Source of the DNA: an uncultured Nitrososphaerota archaeon
Lineage (GTDB): Archaea > Thermoproteota > Nitrososphaeria > Conexivisphaerales > DTJL01
Reading direction: 5' to 3'
DNA: 64,000 bases
NCBI GenBank assembly: GCA_963772005.1
Contig: CAVYVS010000021.1
Span: 52,121 to 116,120 of the forward strand
A program made the position numbers and the translations under genes. Of this stretch, positions 9,451 to 20,513 are shown piece after piece (position 1 is the stretch's first letter; the number at the start of each line of letters is the position of its first letter). The notes beneath the pieces are model-generated. The model saw only the letters and a list, made by a program, of their open reading frames with translations, did not search any database and had not been told where the DNA came from.

Positions 9451-10317
9451 ATGCCTGTTTCAACACCTAGTTCGATGGTTCTGGCAGCCGAGGCAGTGAA
9501 GAGCGTGGCCGTGGTTTCGAAGGCAAGCCTCGTGGGCACACCACTCTTTGCCGAAGCCATCGATGTGCTCAGCTCTCATTTCGACGTCTCTTTGGTGGCC
9601 CCTGCCAAACATCGGGGCTGCAAGACCCTCCCTTCTCTTGAAGCGGTGTCGAGCGACAAACACGGACTTGTCCTGAGCTTGGGCGGCGATGGAACTCTTT
9701 TGACCGTGGTGCGTGGTTTGAGGAAGCAGTTACCCGTTCTCGGCATCAACATGGGCGGGCGTGGGATTCTCAACGAACTCGAACTGAGAGACCTTCCTCT
9801 TGCTGTGGAGCGTCTGAAATCTGGCGATTATCATCTAGAACATCGCATCAGACTGAGAACGAGGACTCGCGGCAAGGCCTTCCCTGACGCTCTAAATGAG
9901 GTCTATCTCGCCAGGCCGCGACACAATGTTACTCCGTCATTCTTATTACGGTTCCTCGACAGAACGATGTCATCCAAGATGGATGGGTTGATAATTTCTA
10001 CGCCGACGGGTTCAACGGGCTATTCCTATTCGGCGGGGGGGCCCGTGGTCCTTGAATCGCTCGAGGTCTTCATAGTGACGCCTGTACTGCCTATCAATCG
10101 TATTCCTCCAGTAGTCCTTCCAGTGCAGGAGATCACCGTATCGTCGAGCTCCGCCTTTGATGTTACGATAGATGGGCAACAGGTGTTTGACGCGAAGGAA
10201 GGGGACCAGATACGCGTTTCTCTCGCACCGGAGCCCGCTCGTTTTGTAAGGTTCACCCCTCAACCCTTCAAGCAGCTCTCAAAGTTATTGAGTGAAAATG
10301 TCATACAACAACAATAA
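9451..10317 (+). CDS. nadK: NAD kinase
   Basis: 288 aa with GGDGTLL, NEV and STPTGSTGYSYSAGGP. Confidence 0.85.
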   Translation: MPVSTPSSMVLAAEAVKSVAVVSKASLVGTPLFAEAIDVLSSHFDVSLVAPAKHRGCKTLPSLEAVSSDKHGLVLSLGGDGTLLTVVRGLRKQLPVLGINMGGRGILNELELRDLPLAVERLKSGDYHLEHRIRLRTRTRGKAFPDALNEVYLARPRHNVTPSFLLRFLDRTMSSKMDGLIISTPTGSTGYSYSAGGPVVLESLEVFIVTPVLPINRIPPVVLPVQEITVSSSSAFDVTIDGQQVFDAKEGDQIRVSLAPEPARFVRFTPQPFKQLSKLLSENVIQQQ

Positions 10318-10828
10318 GGAACGCGCCCTGGTTCTAGATACCTCGGCCGTAATTGCAGGCCTGTTGCAATCAGGCATGGATCTCAAGATGTACACCACAC
10401 CACTGGTGATCGACGAGGCCAGAGGAAGGGGCTACTCGTCATTCCTTCGCAAGGAAGCGCAGAACGCACGAGACTTGGCCGTGATGGAAGCTACGCCGGA
10501 TATCATCAATACAGTGAAGGCCAAGATCAGGCAGATGGGAGAAAGCGCCAGGCTTTCTGATACGGACATTTCCGTCATCAGCCTTGCCATCTATCTCAGA
10601 AACGAAGGTAATACCGACGTCACGATAATGTCGGACGATTACTCGCTCCAAAACGTAGCTTCTTCTTTGGGTTTGACTACCAAGTCTTCCAACACGCAGG
10701 GAATATCTAAGCAGTTCGAGTGGTCATACTATTGCCCAGCCTGTTTCAAGAACTACAACAAGCCACCGAAGGACATGCTATGCGGACTTTGTGGCACCAA
10801 ACTAAAAAGGAAGCCCATTAAGGCATAG
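10292..10828 (+). CDS. nob1: Nob1 endonuclease (PIN domain plus Zn ribbon)
   Basis: 178 aa with PIN acidic residues (LVLDTSAVI, SDTDISVISLA, SDDYSLQN) and a C-terminal CPACF...CGLCG ribbon. The start may be a few codons downstream. Confidence 0.7.
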   Translation: MKMSYNNNKERALVLDTSAVIAGLLQSGMDLKMYTTPLVIDEARGRGYSSFLRKEAQNARDLAVMEATPDIINTVKAKIRQMGESARLSDTDISVISLAIYLRNEGNTDVTIMSDDYSLQNVASSLGLTTKSSNTQGISKQFEWSYYCPACFKNYNKPPKDMLCGLCGTKLKRKPIKA

Positions 10829-10845
10829 AACGAGGTTCAGGGTGT

Positions 10846-11307
10846 TTGGCCAAACCGAAGATTGTCAACTCCCAGCTCCCTCCCACCGGAATCTATGCGA
10901 AAGACACCCTGAAATATGAAGAGCTGATAGCAGCAGCTGTAGAAGCGGTCCAAGGGACATCTGGTGCCGTTGCATCGTATATCGGGCTCGTCAAGTCTGC
11001 CGGCCTAGGGAACAGAGAGGTCAAGGAGTTAGTCATTGAAACATACCCACAATACTCCGACAAGATGCTCCTCCAGATATGTGACGAAATCAAGCGGAAG
11101 TACAAGCTCCAGATGGCAGTCATTTATCACTTTGAAGGCAGTTTCGCAGTGGGAGAGACCCTAGTGATAGTCATCGTAGCCGGAAAGAGCCGCACAATCG
11201 TCTTCCCCGCTGTCGAGGAGGCTATTCGCAGATACAAGACCGAGCCTGCCATCTGGAAGAAGGAGATTTATGGCGGGGGCAAGTCCAAGTGGGTCAACCA
11301 CCCATGA
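10846..11307 (+). CDS. moaE: MoaE-family protein (molybdopterin synthase catalytic subunit-like)
   Basis: 153 aa, TTG start. It is collinear with MoaE (YIGLVK...ETYPQYSDKML...HFEGSFAVGETLVIVIVAGKSR...EPAIWKKE). No moaD lies next to it. Confidence 0.6.
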   Translation: MAKPKIVNSQLPPTGIYAKDTLKYEELIAAAVEAVQGTSGAVASYIGLVKSAGLGNREVKELVIETYPQYSDKMLLQICDEIKRKYKLQMAVIYHFEGSFAVGETLVIVIVAGKSRTIVFPAVEEAIRRYKTEPAIWKKEIYGGGKSKWVNHP

Positions 11308-11361
11308 ATACATCACAAGAAGCCGTCATGGATGGGCCTCAAGCTGGCAAGAGGAAAAGCA

Positions 11362-12361
11362 TCAGCAGACGATAGCGTTCTCTATGGTCCTGTAAGCCTC
11401 AGCCTCTGATCTAGCCTGTCTCTTGATCGCCTTAGCCACACATGCCAGCCTCGTTGAAGTGTCCTCCTGCTCGAAACATAACTGCCTGAGGGTTTGGTCT
11501 ATCACCGACCAGTCTTCGGCAATCTTCCTGAAGGATTCGGCGGCGGACATCAGTTCTTTGTTGTTTAGCACGGCCGATGTCTCCTCCAGAAAGCTCGCGA
11601 AGAGCTTTCTATACCCACCCCTTGCTTCCCCGTCACCTTCCCACGACACGTAATGATTCATCAACTGGTATCTGAAGTTCGGGTTCTTCCACCACCCGTT
11701 CACCCGTTCGGCGAACTTTTCTATACCCCTGACTCCAGAGAACGTCGAATCCCCGTGGAGCATCTGAGTTGTAGTCTTGGCGAGGGCCTTTCGCAGCGCG
11801 TTTTCGAAGCCGCGTAGAGGCCCCCATTCATAATACATGCCAAGGTTCTTCGACGCCATGAAACCCTTTGCCGATCGCGCCTGCTCGACGCTCTGAATCG
11901 CGGGCTTCCGGATTTCCTGACTTCCTACATCTACGACATAGAGGTTTGACTCATCGTATCCGCAGACGGTGAGATAGTGAGCGTTGAAATGGACCCTCCT
12001 CTCCAAATAGTTCAGATAGAAGCGGTCCAGCTTGAGCCCATACGGTTTGCCGTTGTCCAGCCTCCTGTACAGATTGGTTCTAGCCTCACTACGACTGACC
12101 GTTTCTTCTAGGATAAGCTTCAAACCTAGGACTTCGCTAAGACTCCGAGCCATTTCCCCAGGCTTGGCCGTGCAGAGCACCACGGGTTCAATGCAGTCCC
12201 GTCTTCCTATCGAATCTATCTATGTAGGTAAAACCGATGCCAGAGCCTAATCCAAAGACCATCGGCTCTGAGAGCTCAAGGCCCTCGGCAGCCAGCAAGT
12301 TCCTACCCGTAGTCGATTCGCAATGTATCCCTGTCAGAGGCCTGAACCCATCTACAATCAC
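11362..12361 (-). pseudogene. BtrH_N/DUF4872-like protein (C39-like peptidase fold), one frame break
   Basis: A short piece not listed in the ORF track starts at GTG 12361 (VIVDGFRPLTGIHCESTTGRNLLAAEGLELSEPMVFGLGSGIGFTY...). It then continues in ORF 11362..12183. The join is near 12190. Length 1000 nt = 3n+1. Confidence 0.5.
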
Positions 12362-12537
12362 GGGCCGATATCATCCAAGTACGCGCAAACAGTATTAAAC
12401 TAACTACCCCCAGGCCAAAGCCTACCTGCTACGCGGCGAGCGTACCCGTCCAGGCATCTCATGCTATTGCGAACAGCAGCGGGCCACCAAACGGGCCGCT
12501 CCTTGGGATCGTCTGGCATAAAGCGATTGTAGACTGG

Positions 12538-12612
12538 TGGTGGACTGGGGGGGACTCGAACCCCCGACCTCTCCCATGCCAAGGGAGTATTCTACCTCTG
12601 AACTACCAGCCC
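12538..12612 (-). tRNA. tRNA-Ala (anticodon GGC), CCA encoded
   Basis: Hand-folded cloverleaf: acceptor GGGCTGG/CCAGTCC with the G3:U70 Ala identity pair, D stem GTTC/GAAT, anticodon arm CTCCC-TTGGCAT-GGGAG, T arm GGGGG-TTCGAGT-CCCCC, discriminator A, then CCA. Confidence 0.85.
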
Positions 12613-12638
12613 TTGCTGAAAGGTTCTCTAGGTATCGG

Positions 12639-12647
12639 TATTTATTT
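12639..12647 (-). promoter_or_regulatory. Candidate TATA box for tRNA-Ala
   Basis: The minus strand reads AAATAAATA, ending about 26 nt upstream of tRNA position 1. This is the usual archaeal spacing. Confidence 0.35.
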
Positions 12648-12716
12648 CCTTCGTTCATTAGCCGCTGAGTCACTATTCAGTAGCCCCCACCACTAAAACC
12701 CATGGCGCGCAGATTA

Positions 12717-14294
12717 TCAGCGGGTTACCTTAACGGTTATCCAATCCAGCTTGGATCTGCTAGCCCATCCGAACTTCCTTTGCATGGTCTTTGGATACAA
12801 GGCCTGCCAATCGAAACCTACGTGATCGGCCCAAGCTTTGTACACCCTAGGGTCGATGTAGTTCTTCAGGGACGTATTCAGATTGTAATCTCGTGTCTTC
12901 CTGGCCATCTCCAAGGATAACTCAGCCTTGCGTAGGCGCCTTCTATGAGCCTCCGCCTGCTTGGCGGTATCGGGGTGGATGGTTTTCAATTCGGCTACCC
13001 GTTCCTCCTTCTTCCTCAGACTTTCATCCCAACTCTTAGGCGGAGTTCTCTTGTGGTTGCAGAGCACCGCAGCTTGGAGGTTGGCCATCTTTGCAAGGTA
13101 GAGATCCATCTCAAGGTCATCGTTACTCGTCTTGTCTTCGACAGACGACAGGTAATCGCGAACCACATTAGTAGCATGATACGTTCTAAACACCTTAGCG
13201 GTCAGGCCGGGTACGATACTGCCAAGGTACGAGTTGACCTTTGATGAAGTGACTCCATCAAATATCAGGTCGTTGGGTTTCTTCCCAGTCAGGAATTCCT
13301 TGAAGTTCCCAATCACACGTGGTTCTACATCGTCAAGGACCTTCAACCACCTGACGCTGTCCTTGCCTAGGAAGTCGAAGATGATTTTACGGTTATCTAA
13401 GTTGACGTGCTCCACCCTTAAAGTTGTGGCGCCAACCGTGTCCGCTTCGTCTTCGTCCTTCTCGTCACCCACCCTCATGCACAACCAATCTATGAGATAA
13501 CATACTGTGGCGGTCTTCCGGACCTGCTGGTCCCTGCTCGCGAGGCCGTCTTCTATTCTCTTCCTGACGCGGCCGATGGTATGTTGCAACTTCTGGGCCT
13601 TGTCGTACTTTGATTTGTTCTTCTCTTGCGCTAGGCTGCTGCTCTCGTGGGGCCAAACATACTTTACTTTACCCGATAGACCATCCACCCACGAAGCCAA
13701 CCACATGCAGGAAGGCTCATGGACGATTTTGCCCCAGGTTCCAGGAGGCATGGGGGCGGCATCATCTAGGTTCAACGTTATGTCCTGGCGCTCGACTCTC
13801 GGCTTCCATCTCCCTCGCATTGGATGGGTTCCTCTTCCCTGAAATATGCCGGGCGGTTCGACAACCCAATTCTGGATTTCCACCTTCTCCCCGTCGATGT
13901 AGGCGGAGCCATACTGCTCTTTCATGACCTCCTTTGCCTTCTTACGCTCGGATGCCAGCTTCTTCTTTTGTTCCTTCGTGAGATTCTCTTTTTGCTGCTT
14001 TTCCGAGTCGACCTGGTGGATGAATTCCGTGAGATCGAGATCGTTCATTGCGACAGATTTGAGCTCTGCAGGGAGCTCTCGGGAGAAGTCTTTCCAGAAG
14101 TTGCTAACATAGGTCGAGTCGCTTACGTAAGGGGTGTCCTTCTTCTTGGCCCAGGAGTACGCCATTTCTTCAGCCAAAGGGCTCAATGGGAAGGCCTTCT
14201 CCTTGTACCTGAGCCTCAAGCCTTTTGGCTCATAGGGTGGAGTGAAAACGACGCCGTTGTGGCGGAGGCCATGCCAATAGCCCACCTTGGTCAT
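12717..14294 (-). CDS. DNA topoisomerase IB (eukaryotic type)
   Basis: 525 aa with TLRVEHV and AVLCNHKRTPPKSW (compare eukaryotic LCNHQR). The C-terminal LNTSLKNYIDPRVY carries the catalytic Tyr motif. Confidence 0.9.
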   Translation of the reverse strand: MTKVGYWHGLRHNGVVFTPPYEPKGLRLRYKEKAFPLSPLAEEMAYSWAKKKDTPYVSDSTYVSNFWKDFSRELPAELKSVAMNDLDLTEFIHQVDSEKQQKENLTKEQKKKLASERKKAKEVMKEQYGSAYIDGEKVEIQNWVVEPPGIFQGRGTHPMRGRWKPRVERQDITLNLDDAAPMPPGTWGKIVHEPSCMWLASWVDGLSGKVKYVWPHESSSLAQEKNKSKYDKAQKLQHTIGRVRKRIEDGLASRDQQVRKTATVCYLIDWLCMRVGDEKDEDEADTVGATTLRVEHVNLDNRKIIFDFLGKDSVRWLKVLDDVEPRVIGNFKEFLTGKKPNDLIFDGVTSSKVNSYLGSIVPGLTAKVFRTYHATNVVRDYLSSVEDKTSNDDLEMDLYLAKMANLQAAVLCNHKRTPPKSWDESLRKKEERVAELKTIHPDTAKQAEAHRRRLRKAELSLEMARKTRDYNLNTSLKNYIDPRVYKAWADHVGFDWQALYPKTMQRKFGWASRSKLDWITVKVTR

Positions 14295-14426
14295 AGCCTA
14301 GCGCCTGATATGAGACTTTTTAAGTCGTTCCCTTCCTATCCTTCCTAGGAACTCCTTCGGCCCTCAAGAAAGGAGCTCCCCCATGTCGCGAGCCTGAACT
14401 AGACTTTAAATACAGTATCCAGAGGC

Positions 14427-15422
14427 ATGAGGTTGAACACTCTTTTGCTAGCCGATAGGAGGCTGGGCTTGGCCGTGCTCGTCATACTTCTGGCCCTGCC
14501 TTTGGTCGCAGCCTACGTCTCTAACCCAGTGAACCTAGAAGCAGGATGGAACGAGGGCAAGGGGAGCCTTCTCCTCGTGCTGGTCTTCGTGGCCATCGAA
14601 GGGCTCGACGCCGCCTACAGCTTCAGCAAGGTCAGATTCGCGGTCGCATTCGTTTGCTCGGCGCTCCTTTCATTGGTCTTCTTCTACGATCCGGCTTCGT
14701 TGCGGCTCATCACCCAGTCTGGCACGTATTTTGGAGTCACCCCCAGCCTTTTGATCTATAGCTGGCATGAGTTTTGGGTTACAACGATTTACCTCCTTCT
14801 AGTGCTGGCACTAATGGTAGATCTAACCGGACTTGGGCAGTTCAGGGTCTTTCTCTTCACTCTGACGTATACTGTCCTTACTGCAATTGTGCTCTTGCTG
14901 GACGCCATTTTCCCATATGACGAACTTGGTCCGCTGCAGTCCTTAGTGCCAGTTCTGGTTGCCGTCGCTACCTCAGTCATGAAAGCCACTGGAATTGTCA
15001 GTTTGACATCTTTCGGCAACACCATGCTGATCAACGCCGGGGGAACCGTGAAAGCGCTAGTAGTCTACTGGCCATCGGCAGGGGTCCACAGCTTCCTGAT
15101 ATTCACAGGGATAGCGGTCGCATTCTTGTTGAAACAGAGGATAGGCGGCATCAAGCTCATCATCTACACCGTCCTCGGCGCGCTTGGAACGATTTCGGTG
15201 AACATATTCAGGATCATATTGCTCGCGTATTATACTGCATACTACCCCGCCCAGAGCTTCCAGAGCTTCCACGACGTCATCGGCGAAATTCTCTTCCTTC
15301 CCTGGCTGGTTGCTTTCATGATCATAGTGCATTACATAGAGAAGCGCCTTGCAAAGGCACAGAGACCACAGTCACTCCATCCTGAAGTCATTCAACTGCC
15401 TCGCAACCCCACTCCTGCATGA
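14427..15422 (+). CDS. Exosortase/archaeosortase-family polytopic membrane protein (thaumarchaeosortase-like)
   Basis: 331 aa, multi-TM. It has WPSAGVHS at the position of the sortase xCSGxxS motif, then NIFRI (Arg) and FHDVIGE (His). Confidence 0.55.
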   Translation: MRLNTLLLADRRLGLAVLVILLALPLVAAYVSNPVNLEAGWNEGKGSLLLVLVFVAIEGLDAAYSFSKVRFAVAFVCSALLSLVFFYDPASLRLITQSGTYFGVTPSLLIYSWHEFWVTTIYLLLVLALMVDLTGLGQFRVFLFTLTYTVLTAIVLLLDAIFPYDELGPLQSLVPVLVAVATSVMKATGIVSLTSFGNTMLINAGGTVKALVVYWPSAGVHSFLIFTGIAVAFLLKQRIGGIKLIIYTVLGALGTISVNIFRIILLAYYTAYYPAQSFQSFHDVIGEILFLPWLVAFMIIVHYIEKRLAKAQRPQSLHPEVIQLPRNPTPA

Positions 15423-15513
15423 TCCTTGGCTTCAAGGAGACGATGTTCCATTCTTCATTCGAAGCGGGGCCCATGCGCGGTCGTCGTAGCTGGAATGGCT
15501 CACCACGCGCATT

Positions 15514-17455
15514 TCATTTCAAATATGAGTCGAACCATCTGAGGTACAGTTGCAGCCTCTGAACTCTGTGCTTCGGTTTCCCTGCTCTTGAAAGCTCATG
15601 GTTCTCGCCAGGGAAGAGCACAAGTTCGGTCTCCTTTCCGAAGTATTTCAATGCGGTGAACATCTGCAGGGCTTCGACCATCCAACAGCGATAGTCCTCC
15701 ATCGAATGCACGAAAAGGAGAGGGGTCTTCACATTCCTTACGTAGCGTATCGGGGATTTGGCCATAGTCTCTTCTTCATGATCCCATGGGTCATTGCCCA
15801 TCTGGTCCTTTGTGAAGTAGGTCCCGATATCGCTGGTCCCCCAGAAAGTCCACCAGTTAGAGATTGATCTATCAGACACGGCTGCCTTGAACCGGTCCGT
15901 CTGCGTCACGATCCAATTGGTCATATAGCCGCCATAGGAGCCCCCGGCTACCCCGAACCTCTCGCCGTCCACGAAACCAAAGTGGGTCTTCGCATAGTCG
16001 ACAGCCTCCATTAGGTCCAAGTAATCTCTCTCGGCATAGTGCCCCCTGATGTCGGCGAACTTTTCAGAATAACCATCGCTTCCTCGCGGATTGATGAAGA
16101 GGACGGCATATCCTCTGGCAGCGAACACTTGGAACTCGTGAAGATACGCGTATCCGAAGGCCGTCTTGGGTCCTCCATGAATGTATAATATCGTCGGGAC
16201 TTTCTTTGTGGTCTTGGGCCGCACTACCCACCCATCTATGGGCTCCCCATCGCTCGCCTTGAAGTGGAAAATCGTCGGTCGAAGTATGGTGAGAGTCCGT
16301 TGCAGCCCTTCGTTAAATTCTGTTATTCGCCTTATCTTGCCGTCGTATACATAGAGCTCCGCCAGCCTGGTGGATTCCATTGAAGTAAAGTAGATCTTTC
16401 CCGCCCTTACCTCGAAGGCCTCTATGCTCCTCTCGCCTCCAACCAGAAGCCGAGGCTTTCTCACCGTGGGGTCGATGTTGTAAAGATGCACCGCGCCCGC
16501 GTCGTTCACCATGAAGAAGATGTCCTTGCCCACCCACTTGGGTTCGGAATTGAGCCCACCTTTTCTGACATCGCTGTTCAGCGAGTTGTTCTTGTTTCTG
16601 TCGATGCCATCGAGTTGTCGCGGCGCCCCTCCTGACGCTTCTACCACCCATAGGTGCTCATGTGAAACAGACCCGAGGATGCGACGATGGCCTAGGAACG
16701 CAATCTGTCTGTCGTCCGGGCTCCATGCTCAGGGACGATATCTCCATGTCGTGCTTGGTCAACGTCGTAGCCTTGCCACTCTTCAAATCCGCGACGACGA
16801 TGTCGGTGAGATATGGTCTGATATCATCCGTGGAAGCAGTGTAGGCGATTTTGTCTCCAGAATGCGAAACCATGGCTTTCTCAACGTCAAATTCCCCTTC
16901 AGTAACCTGTTTGGCCTTGAGGGTCTCTAGGTCGAGGACGAAAACGTGACGCCTGAGATTGTACACGAAGCCTTTGTCGTTGAACCAGATGTTGATTCGT
17001 TTTATTGTCTTGACGTCGTCCTGTGCCTCGCCCACTGCAGAAATGAAAAGGATCCGCCTGCCGTCGGGGAACCAGGCGGGCGCTTCAATAGCGCGCTTCC
17101 GTCTGTAGAGTAGCTTTGCCTCTCCTCCCTTTGCACCGATTACGAAGAGAGCGTTCCCCTTGGCGCCTCTCCTGAATCCTCGCTTTGAAGTGAAGAGGAT
17201 GCTCTTCCCGTCAAGGGAGAATTTCGGAGCGCCGTCCTTACCAGACGCCGTCAGCTCCTTCGGCTTGCCACCAGCGGAAGGGACGAGCCACACATTGCCT
17301 TCGTATTCATTGGTATCGAGGTTTGCTCGATAGACAGTGACGGCCACGGCGTCACCCTTTGGTGAAACCGATGGTTCAGATAATAGGGAATACTGGATGA
17401 TGTCCTGCGGCTTCACTGGCGTAGGCAACGGCTTGAGCCTATGCTGCCCCCTCAT
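15514..17455 (-). pseudogene. S9 family serine peptidase (acylaminoacyl-peptidase / prolyl oligopeptidase-like), one frame break
   Basis: The beta-propeller part is ORF 16658..17455 and the alpha/beta hydrolase part is ORF 15514..16647 (GGSYGGYM, GENHEL). A third frame bridges them (SLS | WSPDDRQIAFLGHRRILGSVSHEHLWVVEASGGAP). The break is near 16726. Length 1942 nt = 3n+1. Confidence 0.85.
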
Positions 17456-17477
17456 TAAAACTAACTCATCCTCATCA

Positions 17478-18572
17478 TCAAGCGGTGGATTGGCCCGAAA
17501 GCTCCCTGTCCAAATCCTCGAGCAGTTTCTTCTGCTTGGAGCTTAGATTGCGTGGAATCTCGACGCTCATCTTGACGAACTGGTCTCCCTTCCCCCAACC
17601 ATTCAACTTAGGCAGTCCCTTCCCCTTCAGCTTGAAGACTGTCCCGTTCTGGGCACCCGGGGGTATCTTGAGTTCGGCCCTCCCGTCAATCGTGGGAATG
17701 CCCACTGTGGTTCCCAGGGCGGCCCTTGGAAAGCTAACGGTGATTTCGGAAAGCAAGTCCCGTCCACTCCGTTTGAAAGTCGCATGAGGTTTGACTCGCA
17801 CCATGACATAGAGGTCGCCTGGGCCTGTCCCCCCACGCTTCTCATGCCCACCACCGTTCAGCCTGAGGCTGTAACCATCTTCTATTCCAGCGGGTATCTT
17901 CACGTCCAGGGTCCTGTGTTTTTGAACCAGGCCACTCCCCCTGCAACTGCGACAGGGCGTGTCCACGATCCTGCCGGATCCAGCACACCTTGGACACGTT
18001 TCGACTCTCACTAATCTGGCGAACCCGGCAGACTGCACCCTTTGGACCTGGCCGGCCCCATTACACTGTGGGCACGTCCGAACATTCGTGCCCGGTTGGG
18101 CGCCCGAGCCATGGCACACGTCACACTTCTCCATTCGGTCAAGCTCTATCTGTTTGACGACACCCTTTGCGACATCCTCCAGTGACACGTATACGGCGAC
18201 CTGTAGGTCCTTTCCCCTTGGCGATTCCCTCTGGCCGCCGAACCCGAACAGGCTGTCAAAGATGCTGTCGAACCCCCCAAATCCGAAACCGCGAAGGATC
18301 TCATCAAAATCGACCCCTCTGAAGATGTCTTCTTGGGAGTACTTGCTGTCTATGCCTGCATGACCAAACTGGTCGTACTGTGCCCGCTTCTCGTCATCAG
18401 AAAGCACAGCGTATGCTTCGGATATTTCTTTGAACCTTTCTTCTGCGCCCGGAGCCTTGTTTCTGTCGGGGTGGTACTGCAGAGCTAGCTTGCGGTAGGC
18501 GCTTTTGATGTCGTCCTTAGAGGCGCCCTTCGGGACGCCTAGGACGTCATAGTAATCGCGCTTACCACTCAC
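17478..18572 (-). CDS. dnaJ: Chaperone DnaJ
   Basis: 364 aa with a J domain (YHPDRN) and four CxxCxGxG repeats. Confidence 0.95.
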   Translation of the reverse strand: MSGKRDYYDVLGVPKGASKDDIKSAYRKLALQYHPDRNKAPGAEERFKEISEAYAVLSDDEKRAQYDQFGHAGIDSKYSQEDIFRGVDFDEILRGFGFGGFDSIFDSLFGFGGQRESPRGKDLQVAVYVSLEDVAKGVVKQIELDRMEKCDVCHGSGAQPGTNVRTCPQCNGAGQVQRVQSAGFARLVRVETCPRCAGSGRIVDTPCRSCRGSGLVQKHRTLDVKIPAGIEDGYSLRLNGGGHEKRGGTGPGDLYVMVRVKPHATFKRSGRDLLSEITVSFPRAALGTTVGIPTIDGRAELKIPPGAQNGTVFKLKGKGLPKLNGWGKGDQFVKMSVEIPRNLSSKQKKLLEDLDRELSGQSTA

Positions 18573-18599
18573 AGCCCATCAGGTCCTAGGGGACGAACT

Positions 18600-20510
18600 C
18601 TACTTCTTCTCTTCATCCACGACCTTGTAGTCGGCGTCGACCACTTTGGCGCCCTGCCCCTGTTGCGAAGCATCACCTTGTGTACTCTCCTGTCTTGGGC
18701 CTGTCTGCGCGGATTGCTGCTGTTTGGCTTGAGTTTCCGCCGCCTTTTGATATACGCTGGCTCCAATCTCCTGGAGGACCTTGGAGAGGGCATCGATGGC
18801 GGTTTTAATGGCGCCTAGATCTTTGCCTGCGACGGCAGTCCGTAGATCCCCAGTCGCCTTGTCTATGTTGGCCGCCTGGTCAGGAGATATCTTGTCCTTA
18901 AGGTCGTTCTTAGTCTTCTCAGCGGTATAAAGCATGGAATCCGCCGCATTTCTGGTCTCAGCCTCTTCAACCTTCTTCTTGTCCGCTTCGGCGAACTCCT
19001 CTGCCTGCCTCACCATGCGCTCCTTCTCCTCCTTCGAAAGCTTGGTGGACGCCGTGATTGTGATCTTAGCTTCCTTGCCTGTCCCCAGGTCCTTGGCGGA
19101 CACGTTGATTATTCCATTGGCATCTATGTCGTAAGTCACTTCTATCTGTGGAACTCCCCTGGGAGCCGGTGCAATCCCTGAAAGGTTGAACATTCCCAGT
19201 GAGACGTTGTCGCTGGCCATGGGTCGTTCGCCTTGCAATACGTGAATCGTGACGGTCGTCTGGAAATCCGCAGCGGTTGAGAACACCTGACTCTTCTTGG
19301 TAGGTATGGTGGTGTTCTTTTCGATGAGCTTGGTAAAAACACCTCCCATCGTTTCGACTCCCAGCGACAGCGGGGTGACGTCAAGGAGGAGAAGATCCTT
19401 TACCTCTCCCGCCAGGACGGCTCCCTGGATGGCCGCTCCAACAGCCACACACTCCATCGGATCGACCCCCCTTTCAGCCGGCTTGCCCACGATTTCTTCG
19501 ACGAATTTCCTCACAAGGGGCATCCTTGTCTGCCCGCCGATCAAGATGATCTTGTCTACATCGCGGGGCTCAAGCTTGGCATCAGCCAAGACATGCGTAA
19601 TGGGGGCTCTCACCCTCTCTACGATTGGTGTAGCGATTTCCTCCAGCTTGGCCCTAGTGAGTGTTGTGTGGAAGTTCTTTGGTGTGCCCCCTGCCATGGC
19701 CAGAAACGGCAAGTCGATATCTGTGCTCACCAGGTTCGAAAGCTCAATCTTGGCCTTCTCTGCTGCTTCTTTCAGTCGCGTCATGGCCACTTTGTCTCCG
19801 GTCAAATCGATTCCGGTTTGGCGCCCGAACTCGCCCACTAAATATGAAACGATGGCGTTGTCTATGTCCGCTCCCCCGGTCTTCGTATCGCCGCTGGTGG
19901 CGAGAACCTGGAACACTCCGCCCCCGAACTCCATCAGCGTGACGTCATGGGTGCCACCGCCAAAGCTGAACACCATTATCTTCATCTCTTTGTCCAGCTT
20001 GTCCAATCCATAGGCGAGGCAAGCCGCCGTGGGCTCGTTGATGATACGCATGACATCGAAGCCAGCGATTTCCCCGGCATCTTTCGTAGCCTGCCGCTGG
20101 TTGTCGTCGAAGTGCGCGGGCACCGTTATGACGGCCTTCTTCAGCGCAACGCCGAGATAGGCTTCGGCATCTCGCTTGATCTTCTGCAAGATGAAGGCAG
20201 AGATCTGTTGTGGCGTGTACTCCTTCCCATATATCTTGACCTTGTAGTCCGTCCCCATTTTGCGCTTGATTTCGAAGACAGTTCCCTCGGAGTTGCTTGA
20301 TATCTGTCTCTTTGCAGACTCTCCCACCAGAAGTGTGCCGTCTGCCGTGAAAGAGACCACCGAAGGAAACATCTTCCCAGCCATGGTCGGACCTTCGGCG
20401 CTCGGAATCACCACAGGTCGACCGGCTTCAAGTATGGCAGCGGCCGAATTCGTCGTTCCTAGGTCTATGCCTAATATCTTCTCCTTTTGCGCTGGTTTCG
20501 ATTCACTCAA
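18600..20510 (-). CDS. dnaK: Chaperone DnaK (Hsp70)
   Basis: 636 aa with GIDLGTTNS and the full Hsp70 pattern. Confidence 0.97.
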   Translation of the reverse strand: MSESKPAQKEKILGIDLGTTNSAAAILEAGRPVVIPSAEGPTMAGKMFPSVVSFTADGTLLVGESAKRQISSNSEGTVFEIKRKMGTDYKVKIYGKEYTPQQISAFILQKIKRDAEAYLGVALKKAVITVPAHFDDNQRQATKDAGEIAGFDVMRIINEPTAACLAYGLDKLDKEMKIMVFSFGGGTHDVTLMEFGGGVFQVLATSGDTKTGGADIDNAIVSYLVGEFGRQTGIDLTGDKVAMTRLKEAAEKAKIELSNLVSTDIDLPFLAMAGGTPKNFHTTLTRAKLEEIATPIVERVRAPITHVLADAKLEPRDVDKIILIGGQTRMPLVRKFVEEIVGKPAERGVDPMECVAVGAAIQGAVLAGEVKDLLLLDVTPLSLGVETMGGVFTKLIEKNTTIPTKKSQVFSTAADFQTTVTIHVLQGERPMASDNVSLGMFNLSGIAPAPRGVPQIEVTYDIDANGIINVSAKDLGTGKEAKITITASTKLSKEEKERMVRQAEEFAEADKKKVEEAETRNAADSMLYTAEKTKNDLKDKISPDQAANIDKATGDLRTAVAGKDLGAIKTAIDALSKVLQEIGASVYQKAAETQAKQQQSAQTGPRQESTQGDASQQGQGAKVVDADYKVVDEEKK

Positions 20511-20513
20511 ATA

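Noticed and set aside
12400-12673. Two 60-69 aa ORFs (12400..12582 and 12464..12673)
   Set aside because: They run straight through the tRNA-Ala gene and its flanks. The tRNA fold explains the region.
19297-20013. 238-aa plus-strand ORF, and several other 60-190 aa ORFs, antisense to dnaK/grpE
   Set aside because: They lie entirely inside and opposite to a strongly conserved Hsp70 gene. Their Ser/Pro/Thr-rich, low-complexity composition is typical of shadow ORFs in GC-rich coding DNA.
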